45,281 bases of DNA, taken from positions 1-45,281 of IMG/VR virus record IMGVR_UViG_3300044676_005977. One strand, given 5' to 3'. Shown piece after piece: positions 16,772-26,065 of the stretch. Every line of letters starts with the position of its first letter. The first letter of the stretch is position 1. Made by a program: the position numbers and the translations under genes. Under the pieces are notes generated by a model that was not told the DNA's origin, made no database searches, and saw only the letters and a list, made by a program, of their open reading frames with translations. This stretch comes from a virus. Lineage: Duplodnaviria > Caudoviricetes.

Positions 16772-17760
16772 ACCTTTCTTTTTTCTTGAAGTTCTTTGAG
16801 TTCGGACGAGAGATCGTCTAGTTCATCGTTGTGGGTCCTGATCATGAATTCACAATCCACGACTGCTTGGATTGTTCGATACAGAGCTTCTATGCTTCCT
16901 TGGTGTTTCTGAAGATCTGTAAATTCCCCATGAGGTAGCTGCACAGAGGAAGGGTCCTCCGGGATCACGATACGGTCGATCTGCTCAATGATTGTCAGGA
17001 TTTCGAGATGCTTCTTTCTCGCAGAAGAGTAGGACGAGATATCAGGGACTTCGACACTCTCGATCACATCACCTAGACCTTCAATAGTTTTTTCGCATTC
17101 GAGTGTCTCTTCTATCAGTTCATCAAGGTCCTCGATGTCCAAGTACAAATCTTCTAATTTATCGATAAGGGACCTCGTCTTCGAGACGTGTGTGAACAAT
17201 TCTTCGATTCCCTCAGACTCTTTAAGTTCCTCCTCTGCTTCTGCGATACTTGCCTTGTCCGCTTTGATGACAGCAGTGTTTTCTCTGATCTTCTTACGGC
17301 TGTCAGATATGACGGAATCAGCCTGTTCCAGATCGACTAGCTTGTTGATCTCCTTGCTCACATCGGAAGCGGACAGATCGAACCAGAAAAGAGCATTATG
17401 CTGATCTTGGAAGTTGAGATCATTGACCTGCGTGAGTGCTTCGATCTCTTCGGGAACCCCGCTTCGTCCAAAAGAAACGAACGGCTCCTGATCATCGATC
17501 TGGTACTCGTTTAGCTTCTTCGTGCTTTTCCGACGAGAGATAGTGTGATTGCCAAACTTTAGTTTGACTTCACAGACCTCTTCTCCCCGAGTGATGAAAT
17601 CATTTCCCTGTGGGGTGTTTCTCAGAGTCCATTTGATTGCCCGGAGAACTGAACTCTTCCCGATGTCGGATTCCCCGACAATTGTGTTCAATCCCTTTTT
17701 GAACTTCAAGAGTCCTTTCGTTTGCCTCTGAAAGTTCTTTATCAGCACTTTGCGAATCAT
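16744..17760 (-). CDS. SbcC/Rad50-like ATPase, N-terminal half ending at the zinc hook
   Basis: MIRKVLIKNFQ, Walker A GESDIGKS, Q-loop NFQDQH, coiled coil and terminal CPTCQRPL; ATG 17760 overlaps the upstream TGA. Confidence 0.85.
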   Translation of the reverse strand: MIRKVLIKNFQRQTKGLLKFKKGLNTIVGESDIGKSSVLRAIKWTLRNTPQGNDFITRGEEVCEVKLKFGNHTISRRKSTKKLNEYQIDDQEPFVSFGRSGVPEEIEALTQVNDLNFQDQHNALFWFDLSASDVSKEINKLVDLEQADSVISDSRKKIRENTAVIKADKASIAEAEEELKESEGIEELFTHVSKTRSLIDKLEDLYLDIEDLDELIEETLECEKTIEGLGDVIESVEVPDISSYSSARKKHLEILTIIEQIDRIVIPEDPSSVQLPHGEFTDLQKHQGSIEALYRTIQAVVDCEFMIRTHNDELDDLSSELKELQEKRKVCPTCQRPL

Positions 17761-17927
17761 CGGCGTTGCTCTCGTTCTTTGGTTTTGCAATCGCGACCCC
17801 CTTTGATTCCCATAAGTTTTAAGAATATGAGGGATACCACAAACCCGTACACAATCCCGATCAGAGAAACTGTCAGCACAAAGGTTAGAGCCTCTGCTGT
17901 GTCCGTCACTATTGCATTTGTGATCAT
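17757..17927 (-). CDS. Small membrane protein (56 aa, not in ORF track)
   Basis: MITNAIVTDTAEALTFVLTVSLIGIVYGFVVSLIFLKLMG...; GGAG upstream; ATGA-coupled to the SbcC N-half. Confidence 0.55.
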   Translation of the reverse strand: MITNAIVTDTAEALTFVLTVSLIGIVYGFVVSLIFLKLMGIKGGRDCKTKEREQRR

Positions 17928-17999
17928 ATCACACTCCGTAAACAGAAAAGAAAATAGAAACTCTCAGAAACCACTGAGACAGGATCCATGAATCGATCT

Positions 18000-18287
18000 T
18001 CATTGAGCCGCACCCACTGTGAGGAAGGAGATGACAACAGTCACGACGATCATCACTATCAGAAAACCTGCGACGAACTTCCGTTTCTCATGAACTCTTG
18101 AAGTGACCCAATCGTTGATTGCTTCGGCTTCATTGATCTCTTGGAGCTTCGCCCGGTCGAGGACGCTCTGAGCCTCGGATAAGTGAACATCCCGTATCTG
18201 TCTTTGTGTGTCAGGGGAACCGCAGCATTTTTTGAACTTCGCATCTGAACCACAGAGACAGGGTTTGTTCCGTGGGTATTCAGTCAT
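18000..18287 (-). CDS. SEC-C motif protein with C-terminal transmembrane helix
   Basis: PRNKPCLCGSDAKFKKCCG; C-terminal FVAGFLIVMIVVTVVISFLTV. Confidence 0.7.
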   Translation of the reverse strand: MTEYPRNKPCLCGSDAKFKKCCGSPDTQRQIRDVHLSEAQSVLDRAKLQEINEAEAINDWVTSRVHEKRKFVAGFLIVMIVVTVVISFLTVGAAQ

Positions 18288-18288
18288 T

Positions 18289-19128
18289 TCACTTATTCCT
18301 TGGTTTTTGAAAGTTCGTAGGGGGTGTAGACAGTATCTCTGTTAGTCCTAATTCCTGACACACTTTGCCCCAGTTCCGAAGTGTACATTTGTTCCTCACG
18401 AGCCGAGGAGTGATGGTTCCCTCGAACGGGAGATTTACTAAAGGCATGTTCTTTTTGACAATTCCGCAGTTGTCAAGTATTTTCTGATAATTCTTGTGAT
18501 GTTTTGGGATTTTGTTGTTCACCCAGTCACAGGCTGTTTTCTCTCCGACCCCGTCGATACCGGGAATGTTATCCGAGTCACACCCAGCAAGAGACTTCAC
18601 TGTGCTCCACATCGCAGGGTCGACACCCCACTCTTCTTTGAAGTCCTCAACTGTGTACTCTTTCCGATCCTTGGGCATGTACATCACGACGTTGCGTCTG
18701 AGAAGCTGATACAGGTCGTGATCCGACGAAACAATGACACCTTTGGTGTTCCCCGGAACAAGCTCTGTCAACGACGCAATGATGTCGTCAGCTTCGTATC
18801 CTTTTTGAATGAAGACGTTATTGAATCCGAGTTCAGGCAACCACTTCTTTCGTAGACGATTGATCATCTTGTAGAGGTTCGCTCTCTCCTCGTTTTTCTC
18901 CCGTCCACCTTTGTATTCAGACAGAGATTTCTTCCGAAGATTCCTACGACTATCGAAACAAAAAGCGATCTTGTTCGTAGGGTACTTCAGGGTGATGTCT
19001 CTCAGATTCGACAGGAACCGGGACATGAACACAGGCTCGACTTTTGGACTCTCCCGACCTGTCCTGATCTGATAGAAGGACCAGTAGGACATGTAGTTTC
19101 CGTCGATGAATAGACTTGGTTTACTCAA
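18289..19128 (-). CDS. 5'-3' exonuclease / flap endonuclease (PolI N-terminal-like)
   Basis: FIDGN, FCFDS, YKGGR, YEADDIIA, SSDHDLYQL, GCDSDNIPGIDGVGEKTA. Confidence 0.92.
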   Translation of the reverse strand: MSKPSLFIDGNYMSYWSFYQIRTGRESPKVEPVFMSRFLSNLRDITLKYPTNKIAFCFDSRRNLRKKSLSEYKGGREKNEERANLYKMINRLRKKWLPELGFNNVFIQKGYEADDIIASLTELVPGNTKGVIVSSDHDLYQLLRRNVVMYMPKDRKEYTVEDFKEEWGVDPAMWSTVKSLAGCDSDNIPGIDGVGEKTACDWVNNKIPKHHKNYQKILDNCGIVKKNMPLVNLPFEGTITPRLVRNKCTLRNWGKVCQELGLTEILSTPPTNFQKPRNK

Positions 19129-19135
19129 TTGTGAC

Positions 19136-19309
19136 TCACCTCATTCCTAACGTGAGGGCAGTTGAAGACACCCATTGAGACACGATCTGAGTAGCGTCGC
19201 TGTGAGGAACACCCTCATCGACGAGGTAATTCCACATCCGAGAAGCGATGGTCCCGTAGAAGTCCCCAAGGGCCGCACCAGATTGATCAATTTCGTGAGG
19301 TTCTACCAC
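19136..19309 (-). CDS. Small hypothetical protein (57 aa, not in ORF track)
   Basis: GTG start with AGGAG RBS; VVEPHEIDQSGAALGDFYGTIASRMWNYL...; fills the gap between RecA and the exonuclease. Confidence 0.5.
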   Translation of the reverse strand: MVEPHEIDQSGAALGDFYGTIASRMWNYLVDEGVPHSDATQIVSQWVSSTALTLGMR

Positions 19310-19318
19310 TTTGTTCTC

Positions 19319-20470
19319 CTATTTGTATTTCTTTGGTCGGTCTAAACGTAATGAATCAATGATGTCGTCCCACACTTTTTGGCAGAGGTCTTTCAGTTGA
19401 TCCAATCTCTTCGGGTCTTCCTCGAAGAAGTCTATACATTTATCGACGGTTCCCGAGAAATCAAACCCGACACACTTGATAGTTCCCCCTGATTTCTTGA
19501 ATTCCTTCTCTGCACAGAGGTATTCGATACAGGACCGGGTGTCATCCACCCCATAGGAATAGTATATCGGAAAGGATATCTCGTGTTTCAGTCCTGTGAA
19601 TCGGTTCTTTGTGATGTTGAACTTAGGGGTAATCCCTATCTTCCGTTTTGTCCCTCGAACCGTCTTCGCGAGAGTCTTGATCTGCTTCGTCCAGATCTGA
19701 GTCGTCGCAAAGAACTTCAAGGCCCGGCCCCCTGAATGTGTCCCCGGAGAGAACATGCTCTTGAGATCGTCGCGAGATTGGCAGACAATGATCAGGATGG
19801 ACCCAGTGGCTTGGAGCTTGTGTACAGCTTTGCGAAGGTGCTGGCTGTTGTACTTCGCTTTCCCGTCACCGTAGGAGCCTTTCGAGTCTTTTCCAGCAAC
19901 TCGCATCTTCTGATTCTCAGCATCTTGCTTGTCGGCTTGTTCCGATCTCAGAGCGTCCATAGAGTCGAGGATGTAAATGAAAGGTTTCCCCTCCTCAACA
20001 GCGATCTGATCAGCATATTCCAGACCATCGTAAAAGTCTTCGATTGTCTCAGAGCTGCAAGGGTTCCCGTTGAAGTCCTCATGAGGGAGTTCCATCTTAG
20101 AAGCGAGGTTTTCTCCGAAGTATTCTGAGAGGTCCATCAAGGCCCCTCCCTCGACATCGTCGTAGATCAGCCGGTAGTCTTTGAAGTTCACATCGTTCGC
20201 GGCCTCAGCGAGCACTCCGAGTAGTACAAAGGACTTCCCTGTGTCGGAGTCTCCGACGAACATGTAATATCGTCCTTTTGCGAGACCTCTGTCTTTGTTG
20301 TTCGTCAATGCGAGGTTCAGGCGGGTGACTCCTGTGCTGACGAAATCCTTGTCTGTCAGCCTTTTGTTTTCTCGTTCCTGTTCCGAATACTTTGTCCGTC
20401 TGCTGACCACTTCCTTTTCCAATTGATCGGCTGTGGGTTTCTTTTTGGTAGCTTTATTCTTCGCCATCAT
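19319..20470 (-). CDS. recA: RecA/UvsX-like recombinase
   Basis: VSTG..LNLAL, Walker A GDSDTGKS, ILDSMDAL, GGRALKFFAT, TKNRF. Confidence 0.88.
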   Translation of the reverse strand: MMAKNKATKKKPTADQLEKEVVSRRTKYSEQERENKRLTDKDFVSTGVTRLNLALTNNKDRGLAKGRYYMFVGDSDTGKSFVLLGVLAEAANDVNFKDYRLIYDDVEGGALMDLSEYFGENLASKMELPHEDFNGNPCSSETIEDFYDGLEYADQIAVEEGKPFIYILDSMDALRSEQADKQDAENQKMRVAGKDSKGSYGDGKAKYNSQHLRKAVHKLQATGSILIIVCQSRDDLKSMFSPGTHSGGRALKFFATTQIWTKQIKTLAKTVRGTKRKIGITPKFNITKNRFTGLKHEISFPIYYSYGVDDTRSCIEYLCAEKEFKKSGGTIKCVGFDFSGTVDKCIDFFEEDPKRLDQLKDLCQKVWDDIIDSLRLDRPKKYK

Positions 20471-20481
20471 GTTCTTTCAAT

Positions 20482-20515
20482 AAAAAAGCAGCGAGGTTTT
20501 TAGGCCCCGCTGCTT
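20482..20515 (-). terminator. Intrinsic terminator downstream of the acidic protein gene
   Basis: On the - strand, AAGCAGCG...CGCTGCTT stem running into a T-tract. Confidence 0.7.
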
Positions 20516-20559
20516 GAGGTTTGAGGCGTTCAAACTCAGAGTATCATAGAGTCGTCGGC

Positions 20560-20976
20560 TTACTCTTCCCACTCCTCGTCATCGTCGTCGTCTTCCCAGT
20601 CATCGTCTTCCTCGCCGAACTCTTCTTCGTCTTCCTCGAAGGGAGGCTCGTCGTCTTCTTCGAGATCATCTTCGAGATCATCTTCGAGATCATCTTCGAG
20701 ATCATCTTCAAAGTCTTCATCATCTTCATAGTCTTCGTCTTCTTCGAGTACATCGTCCTCGAACTCTTCTTCTTCGACTTCTTCGACTTCTTCGACTTCT
20801 TCGACTTCTTCTTCTTCATACTCAACTTCATCTTCTTCGACTTCGGGTTCCCCCTCTTCGACGAGCATGACAATTGAGTCAGGGTTGAGACCATTGAGGA
20901 ATTTCTCCCCCTGTTTTTCAGTGAGGGAACTTTCCCCCACCAAGTCACCCAAGGTGACAGTACGGACACTCGACAT
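20560..20976 (-). CDS. Extremely acidic protein (short N-terminal domain + ~95-aa D/E tail)
   Basis: AGGAG RBS; the tail is built partly from 12-bp (20657-20704, x4) and 9-bp (20770-20805, x4) tandem repeats. Confidence 0.75.
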   Translation of the reverse strand: MSSVRTVTLGDLVGESSLTEKQGEKFLNGLNPDSIVMLVEEGEPEVEEDEVEYEEEEVEEVEEVEEVEEEEFEDDVLEEDEDYEDDEDFEDDLEDDLEDDLEDDLEEDDEPPFEEDEEEFGEEDDDWEDDDDDEEWEE

Positions 20977-21030
20977 TGCAAAATCTCCTATTGAGAATTC
21001 TCACTTTAGTTCCAGACCGGATCCAGTCTG

Positions 21031-22032
21031 TTATCGACTACGTCGTCGACGTTTCTCTGTGGTGCTTTTCTTCGGTTCTTTGTCCCACTCTTCCTCGTCA
21101 TCAAAGGGAGTGTCATCCAGATCGACATCCTCCACAGGCTTGCGACGACTCCGTTTCTTGGGACGTTCACTCGGCTTTCGGCGACGACGTTGTTTGGGTT
21201 TCTCATCTTCTTCGTCTTCATCCCATTCGTCTGCGGCTTCCGTTCCTTCGTCTACATCATCCTCCTGTTTCTTCTTGGATTTCTTGTCGTCCAAAGAAGG
21301 TGGAGCTGCTGAAAGGAGGTCTTTCAGCTCGTCGTACCCCGTCATCTGGATACAGGAGTCGAGGTCGATGCCATGATCCAAGAACCGTTCTGGAATCGCG
21401 TGTTTCCGTGGTTTGAAATCGAGAGTATCGACAGTGTAGAAGGTTCTTCCCATAAAGGTTTTTTCTTCCGCGAGGCATCGCAGAGTCATACCGTCTTCTG
21501 GGTCGTGGAAGATGTCCCAGTCATCGTCTTCCTCAGCGATTTCGAGTTTAGCTTTCAGAGCTTTCCCGAACAAGTGATAGGAGACATCCCAGATCTTTGG
21601 ACCGGCTTTGCGGTCGTTGTGGTCCCATACGATCCACAACTGGCGGTGTTTGGGGAACATCTTGTTAGCGAGGTCCTTCTCCGCTTTTGTGTCGCGAGGC
21701 ATCTGCGAGCCGTATTCGCAAACAGGACACGGCTCGTTGTTCATCTGAGACAAGCAAGCGTAAGACCCCATTCGGATTCCGATCCCTTGGTGAGTGAAGT
21801 AGGTCTTCTCAAAGTAGAGGTCCCCTTCCTCACCGAACTGACTGTCAGTTCCCAGCTCGAACGGGATGATGTCGATATTGAAAGCTCCCGCTTCCTTGAT
21901 CTCGAATTCAGGGATACCCGATGGGATTTGAATACAGTGTGGTCGTGATTGTCGTTGATCGGCACGTTCCGACCATCCTGTTGCTGATACAGCTCTGCGT
22001 TTCTTCTTAGTTCGTCGTGCTTTTGTGGGCAT
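21031..22032 (-). CDS. Single-stranded DNA-binding protein (T4 gp32-like)
   Basis: IDIIPF, H..G..C.....CPVCE zinc site, KIWDVSYHLFGK, FHDPEDG; acidic/basic low-complexity tail; lies near RecA. Confidence 0.7.
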   Translation of the reverse strand: MPTKARRTKKKRRAVSATGWSERADQRQSRPHCIQIPSGIPEFEIKEAGAFNIDIIPFELGTDSQFGEEGDLYFEKTYFTHQGIGIRMGSYACLSQMNNEPCPVCEYGSQMPRDTKAEKDLANKMFPKHRQLWIVWDHNDRKAGPKIWDVSYHLFGKALKAKLEIAEEDDDWDIFHDPEDGMTLRCLAEEKTFMGRTFYTVDTLDFKPRKHAIPERFLDHGIDLDSCIQMTGYDELKDLLSAAPPSLDDKKSKKKQEDDVDEGTEAADEWDEDEEDEKPKQRRRRKPSERPKKRSRRKPVEDVDLDDTPFDDEEEWDKEPKKSTTEKRRRRSR

Positions 22033-22108
22033 CTTCTATCCTTCTTTCACTTTTGTTTGTTAGTTATTTGAATCTCTTAGTGCTGCTCATTCACTGGGAT
22101 GAACAAAT

Positions 22109-22459
22109 TCATTGTCCATTGTTCTGATCCTCATCTTCTTGGACATATGAGATGAGTCTGACAGCGTCGCTGTACTTCCCCAAAGAGTACTCGGCATCCC
22201 CCAAAATGTTTGTGGGACGGGTCGTGGTTCCATCAGAGAACTCCACTGCGTACACCTTTCCCGGTTCCTTTTTCAATCGCACAAAATCATCCCCCTTAAA
22301 ACAGTAATTGAACAGGGACTCCCAATACCCGTTCCATCTGCACCACCCATCATTCATGTGATGTGTTGTTTTTACTTCAATTTTCTTCCCTGATTTTAGA
22401 AGAGAAAGGGCTAACTCCAACCCTTTGATCAGTCTCTCGTGTTTCTTCGGATCACTCAA
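22109..22459 (-). CDS. Hypothetical protein
   Basis: 3' part of ORF 22109..22567; the likely start (TTG, LSDPKKH) overlaps the upstream stop. Confidence 0.45.
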   Translation of the reverse strand: MSDPKKHERLIKGLELALSLLKSGKKIEVKTTHHMNDGWCRWNGYWESLFNYCFKGDDFVRLKKEPGKVYAVEFSDGTTTRPTNILGDAEYSLGKYSDAVRLISYVQEDEDQNNGQ

Positions 22460-22950
22460 TGTTTTCGTCTCCTTTTTTTCTTGATGACTTTTCCAGCAGG
22501 TTTTGACGCCCGTTGTTTGTTGACGACTTGCTGGTCCTTCGCGTCCAGTTTGACATCTGCGAACCACTGTTGACCGTGGAGCTTAACCATGTTTGTCAGG
22601 CTCTCCCCACGGTCGTATAGGGCCGATACGACCCCTTTGACTGCCAGCTTGTACCGGACAGCCTCGAAGTACGCTTTTTGAGCTTCCTTGAAAACGGGAC
22701 TCACTGTTACCACAGCTTCCACGGCTTTGTCCGTAATCTTGTCCAGCTTGAATTTAGCCGGGTCTTCCCGAATCTGAAGACTGAGCTTGGATCGAATCTG
22801 CTCCATACGAGCCTTTGCTTCGTCCTCATCGAGACCTGCGTCAGCTTCTCGCTCTGTCCAGATTTGTTTGAGTCTTGACTGATTGCCAATCTGCTCATCG
22901 AGACGTTGGAAATCCGTTTCGAGATCCACGTTCTTAAACTCATCGTTCAT
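22456..22950 (-). CDS. UvsY-like recombination mediator
   Basis: Helical protein (DFQRLDEQ, KITDKAVEAVV, LTNMVKLHGQQWF) next to SSB and RecA; likely start ATG 22950. Confidence 0.55.
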   Translation of the reverse strand: MNDEFKNVDLETDFQRLDEQIGNQSRLKQIWTEREADAGLDEDEAKARMEQIRSKLSLQIREDPAKFKLDKITDKAVEAVVTVSPVFKEAQKAYFEAVRYKLAVKGVVSALYDRGESLTNMVKLHGQQWFADVKLDAKDQQVVNKQRASKPAGKVIKKKRRRKH

Positions 22951-22961
22951 GTTCTTTCTTC

Positions 22962-23888
22962 CTAGTTCTTGGATGCCCATGCTCTGTAAAATTGCAAACA
23001 GAGTCCTGAAAACTTGTTAGCATAAAGATTCTCTTCAAACTCCTCCATAATCGGAACAACCCAAGTGCTTCCGTTCAGCAGGATTGACTTGCAATACCCC
23101 AGAACTGCCAACCGGCAACCCTCTGGGTCTCCCTGAAACAGCTTCAAGGCTTTGCAAATCTCCGGCCATGTCACATTCTTCTTGCAGATCAATTTGCACA
23201 AGTCGTAGGTGTTGGTCCCTTTGACCTCCCCTGTTATCATTGCAATTTGATCTTTCGAGTCCTCAACATACCGCACTGCGTTCAGATGAACAAGTGCCTG
23301 ACGAGGAGACCCGTCAGAATGTTCAAGAATCTTCTTACCAAGTTCCTTGCTTAGTTTAATATCTTCCTTTTTGGAAATATCTAACAGAAGACCCTGAAGC
23401 TCTTTTGAGGAGAGGGGGGCAACTTTAAGCTCAGTCGCCCTTGTTTTGACAGTTTTCAGAAGTTTTGACGGATCCGTGGTACAGAAGATAACATAGGTTT
23501 GTTTTGGCGTGTCCTCCAGCAGCTTCAGAGCGGCGTTCTGAGCCTGTTTGGTCATCTCATGGGCCTCGTCAATGATAAAGACCCTCGATTCACCGTGAAG
23601 AGGCAGACTCGAAGCGACAGGACGTATCTTGCGGACCATGTTGATCCCATTATCGCTGGAAGCGTCGATTTCTTGATAATCGGTCCCCTTGCAACCCAGA
23701 GCATCCTTCACAACGCGAGCGAGAGTCGTCTTGCCACAACCGGACGGTCCTGTGAACATGAGGAACTGGGGGACGTTCTCTTTCTCGAAGAATCCTGACA
23801 GGACTCCGATCACGGATGAGTTCCCGACGACTTCGGAAAGAGTGCTGGGTCGATACTTCTTATAAAGTTCATTGCTTTCAGTTTTCAA
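22962..23888 (-). CDS. Clamp loader AAA+ ATPase (DnaX gamma/tau- or RFC-like)
   Basis: LYKKYRP, Walker A GPSGCGKTT, EIDASS, IIDEAH, AQNAALKLLED. Confidence 0.9.
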   Translation of the reverse strand: MKTESNELYKKYRPSTLSEVVGNSSVIGVLSGFFEKENVPQFLMFTGPSGCGKTTLARVVKDALGCKGTDYQEIDASSDNGINMVRKIRPVASSLPLHGESRVFIIDEAHEMTKQAQNAALKLLEDTPKQTYVIFCTTDPSKLLKTVKTRATELKVAPLSSKELQGLLLDISKKEDIKLSKELGKKILEHSDGSPRQALVHLNAVRYVEDSKDQIAMITGEVKGTNTYDLCKLICKKNVTWPEICKALKLFQGDPEGCRLAVLGYCKSILLNGSTWVVPIMEEFEENLYANKFSGLCLQFYRAWASKN

Positions 23889-24085
23889 CGTGAACTCCTG
23901 TTATCATTTTGAGAATATTGGATTCGTCTCTGGAGGATTTCAACTTCACTTCGGATCTGGAGAAGTCTAAGAGAAGAGGGGAGGACTAAGACCCTGACCT
24001 TGCAGGTCACAACTCCTCTCAGAATGATTTCCTCTTCCTTCAGGTTTATGATTTGTTGTCTGCACTCTTCTATATCGTCCATCAT
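23885..24085 (-). CDS. Hypothetical protein
   Basis: Stop/start-coupled on both sides. Confidence 0.45.
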   Translation of the reverse strand: MMDDIEECRQQIINLKEEEIILRGVVTCKVRVLVLPSSLRLLQIRSEVEILQRRIQYSQNDNRSSR

Positions 24086-24642
24086 AACTTATCGTACCCG
24101 AACAAGAGAAAATCGACATGGAACATCTCATTGATATGGTCAATAGAATCGTCATCCAAAAACTCAGTCCAATCTTTGTGTTCAGTTTTGTTTTTCCAAG
24201 GAAGCTCCCAGTCCTCTTTAGGGGCCTCGATGATCTCGCAAACTTTCTTCCAGTCCTCTTGCAAGTTCTCGTATCGCCCCACAAAGTCCATCCCGACGTT
24301 GCACTCAACATCCACTAAGAAATGAGCCATTGTGTGCTCATGAGGGACAACATACCTTCCCTCTTCCCAGATCATCTGGATGTACTCTGGAAAAGTGTCC
24401 GGCACTTTAGGCCAAGCGATTGAGTTTCCCTTTGCCGCATGAAAGAGACTGACCATCCGGTCATACGGGTTTCTTACGAATGCAAAAGCGAAGGCGTCTT
24501 TGTTGACATCCTTCTCTTGCAACACGGCTCGGTAGTTTGTGTGACCGCCCCGCTGAATCCATTTCATTGCCTCCATTGAAGTGCCAGCACATTTGGGTGT
24601 GTGGATGAAGATGAAATCCATGTCTTTGCTGTAATAACTCAT
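24082..24642 (-). CDS. Sulfotransferase (Sulfotransfer_2-like)
   Basis: 5'-PSB loop FIHTPKCAGTS, 3'-PB FAFVRNPYDRMVS, DFVGRYENL, DFLLFGY. Confidence 0.82.
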   Translation of the reverse strand: MSYYSKDMDFIFIHTPKCAGTSMEAMKWIQRGGHTNYRAVLQEKDVNKDAFAFAFVRNPYDRMVSLFHAAKGNSIAWPKVPDTFPEYIQMIWEEGRYVVPHEHTMAHFLVDVECNVGMDFVGRYENLQEDWKKVCEIIEAPKEDWELPWKNKTEHKDWTEFLDDDSIDHINEMFHVDFLLFGYDKL

Positions 24643-24660
24643 AGTAATTCCAAGTGTTTA

Positions 24661-26049
24661 TTAAAAGGCAATTTTATACTCTTTTTTGTCGTACCACGAT
24701 CTACCTACAGGGGAGACCTCAGCTTCAACTTCGAGTGGGACAATTAACCAGTCTTCGTAATGTTTCATTGTGTCTTTGCACATAATCTTCATCGACTTCC
24801 CGAGGAAGTCTTGCAGCTCATCTTTGTGTACTTCTGCAATCACAGAGTCGTGGATTTGTCCGATCAGGCGTGACTTCCACCCCTTCCTGAGCATCTTTTC
24901 TAATTGGATGACAGACCAGAGTAGGCAATGGAAAGCGGAACCCTGTACAGGAAAGTTGATGACTTGATTGCGTCGGAAGTTGCCAATGTATTTGAAACCC
25001 GTGAAGGAGTCCATGTAACCTGTCTTTAGGTACTCCTCATACATGTCTTTCTTCCATTGTCCGTAGACTCCGAAGCGGTTATCCCAGAAGTCACTCTCGA
25101 CTTCCTTGACGTGCTCCTCCATAGTCCCCGGAACAGGATCGGACCCAGACTTACAGATTCCTCTCTCAGTGATTCCGTGACGACCCAACCATTCCTGTGG
25201 ACTGACCCCTTCAATAGACGCTCCGGGCATGGTGGACATCTTCCAAAGAGCCTTAGCTCGGTCGATGTAGTAAGACCCGTAGAACTCTGGGAATACGAAT
25301 CCGTTCTTGCCGATGTACCTGACTTCTTTTTCAACTTGATTCGGATCGCACTTGAAGATCTGAGCAGCCATGTCCCTGTGCATGTCTTTCGCAGGGTCCA
25401 GCAGGTACTCGATCATCGTCGGGTCTTTGTGGTAGCAAGCCGCTACGGTCACTTCCACACCCGAGAAGTCGATCTCGACAATGTGGTAATCCTTGTGGGG
25501 GACGAAAGCCTGTCTGATCATCTTGGCGTGAAACGGATTCCGTGTCGGGATATTTTGCAAGTTCGGGTCTGAACAAGAGGAACGGTAAGAGCGTGCGATG
25601 TTTAGATTGAAACTTGGATGCACTCGACCGTTTACTTCGTAGACCTTCAGGTTTGCCAGAATATCCCGACACTTCATCCTATACTTCCACTGGACGTAGG
25701 TGTCAGTCCACTGCTCCCCAATGTCGAGCAACGAGTCGGCATCCGACTTGTCTTGCCCGGCATCCGTTTGGTCTTCGGGAGGATCGTAACCGAACACGTC
25801 ATACAGGACGTGGGTTAGTTGTGGATTGCTGTTGAGCTTGGACTTGCTTCCAAATTCTTTGGTCCAAGCTCTCCAGTGCTCGTCGTCCTTTAACCAGCTC
25901 TCGTGGCTCTCAATGGACTTCTCCAGCTTAGGGATCATCCGGTTGATGTAATCCATGTCCAGAGGCATTCCGTTGTCTGCAACAGTCGCGAGAGCTAATG
26001 CCCCCTGATGCAACAGGTCGTATGCTTCTGGTTCCGGTATGATCTTCAT
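24661..26049 (-). CDS. polA: Family A DNA polymerase, polymerase domain only
   Basis: RSSCSDPNLQNIP, motif A IDFSGVE, motif B R...K....F...YG, NFPVQGSA, motif C QIHDS. Confidence 0.92.
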   Translation of the reverse strand: MKIIPEPEAYDLLHQGALALATVADNGMPLDMDYINRMIPKLEKSIESHESWLKDDEHWRAWTKEFGSKSKLNSNPQLTHVLYDVFGYDPPEDQTDAGQDKSDADSLLDIGEQWTDTYVQWKYRMKCRDILANLKVYEVNGRVHPSFNLNIARSYRSSCSDPNLQNIPTRNPFHAKMIRQAFVPHKDYHIVEIDFSGVEVTVAACYHKDPTMIEYLLDPAKDMHRDMAAQIFKCDPNQVEKEVRYIGKNGFVFPEFYGSYYIDRAKALWKMSTMPGASIEGVSPQEWLGRHGITERGICKSGSDPVPGTMEEHVKEVESDFWDNRFGVYGQWKKDMYEEYLKTGYMDSFTGFKYIGNFRRNQVINFPVQGSAFHCLLWSVIQLEKMLRKGWKSRLIGQIHDSVIAEVHKDELQDFLGKSMKIMCKDTMKHYEDWLIVPLEVEAEVSPVGRSWYDKKEYKIAF

Positions 26050-26065
26050 AATGTTCCTTAATAAA

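Noticed and set aside
20544-20981. Lys-rich histone-like ORF (145 aa)
   Set aside because: It is an alternative frame of the acidic protein's GAA/GAT repeats; the acidic frame has the RBS and ATG.
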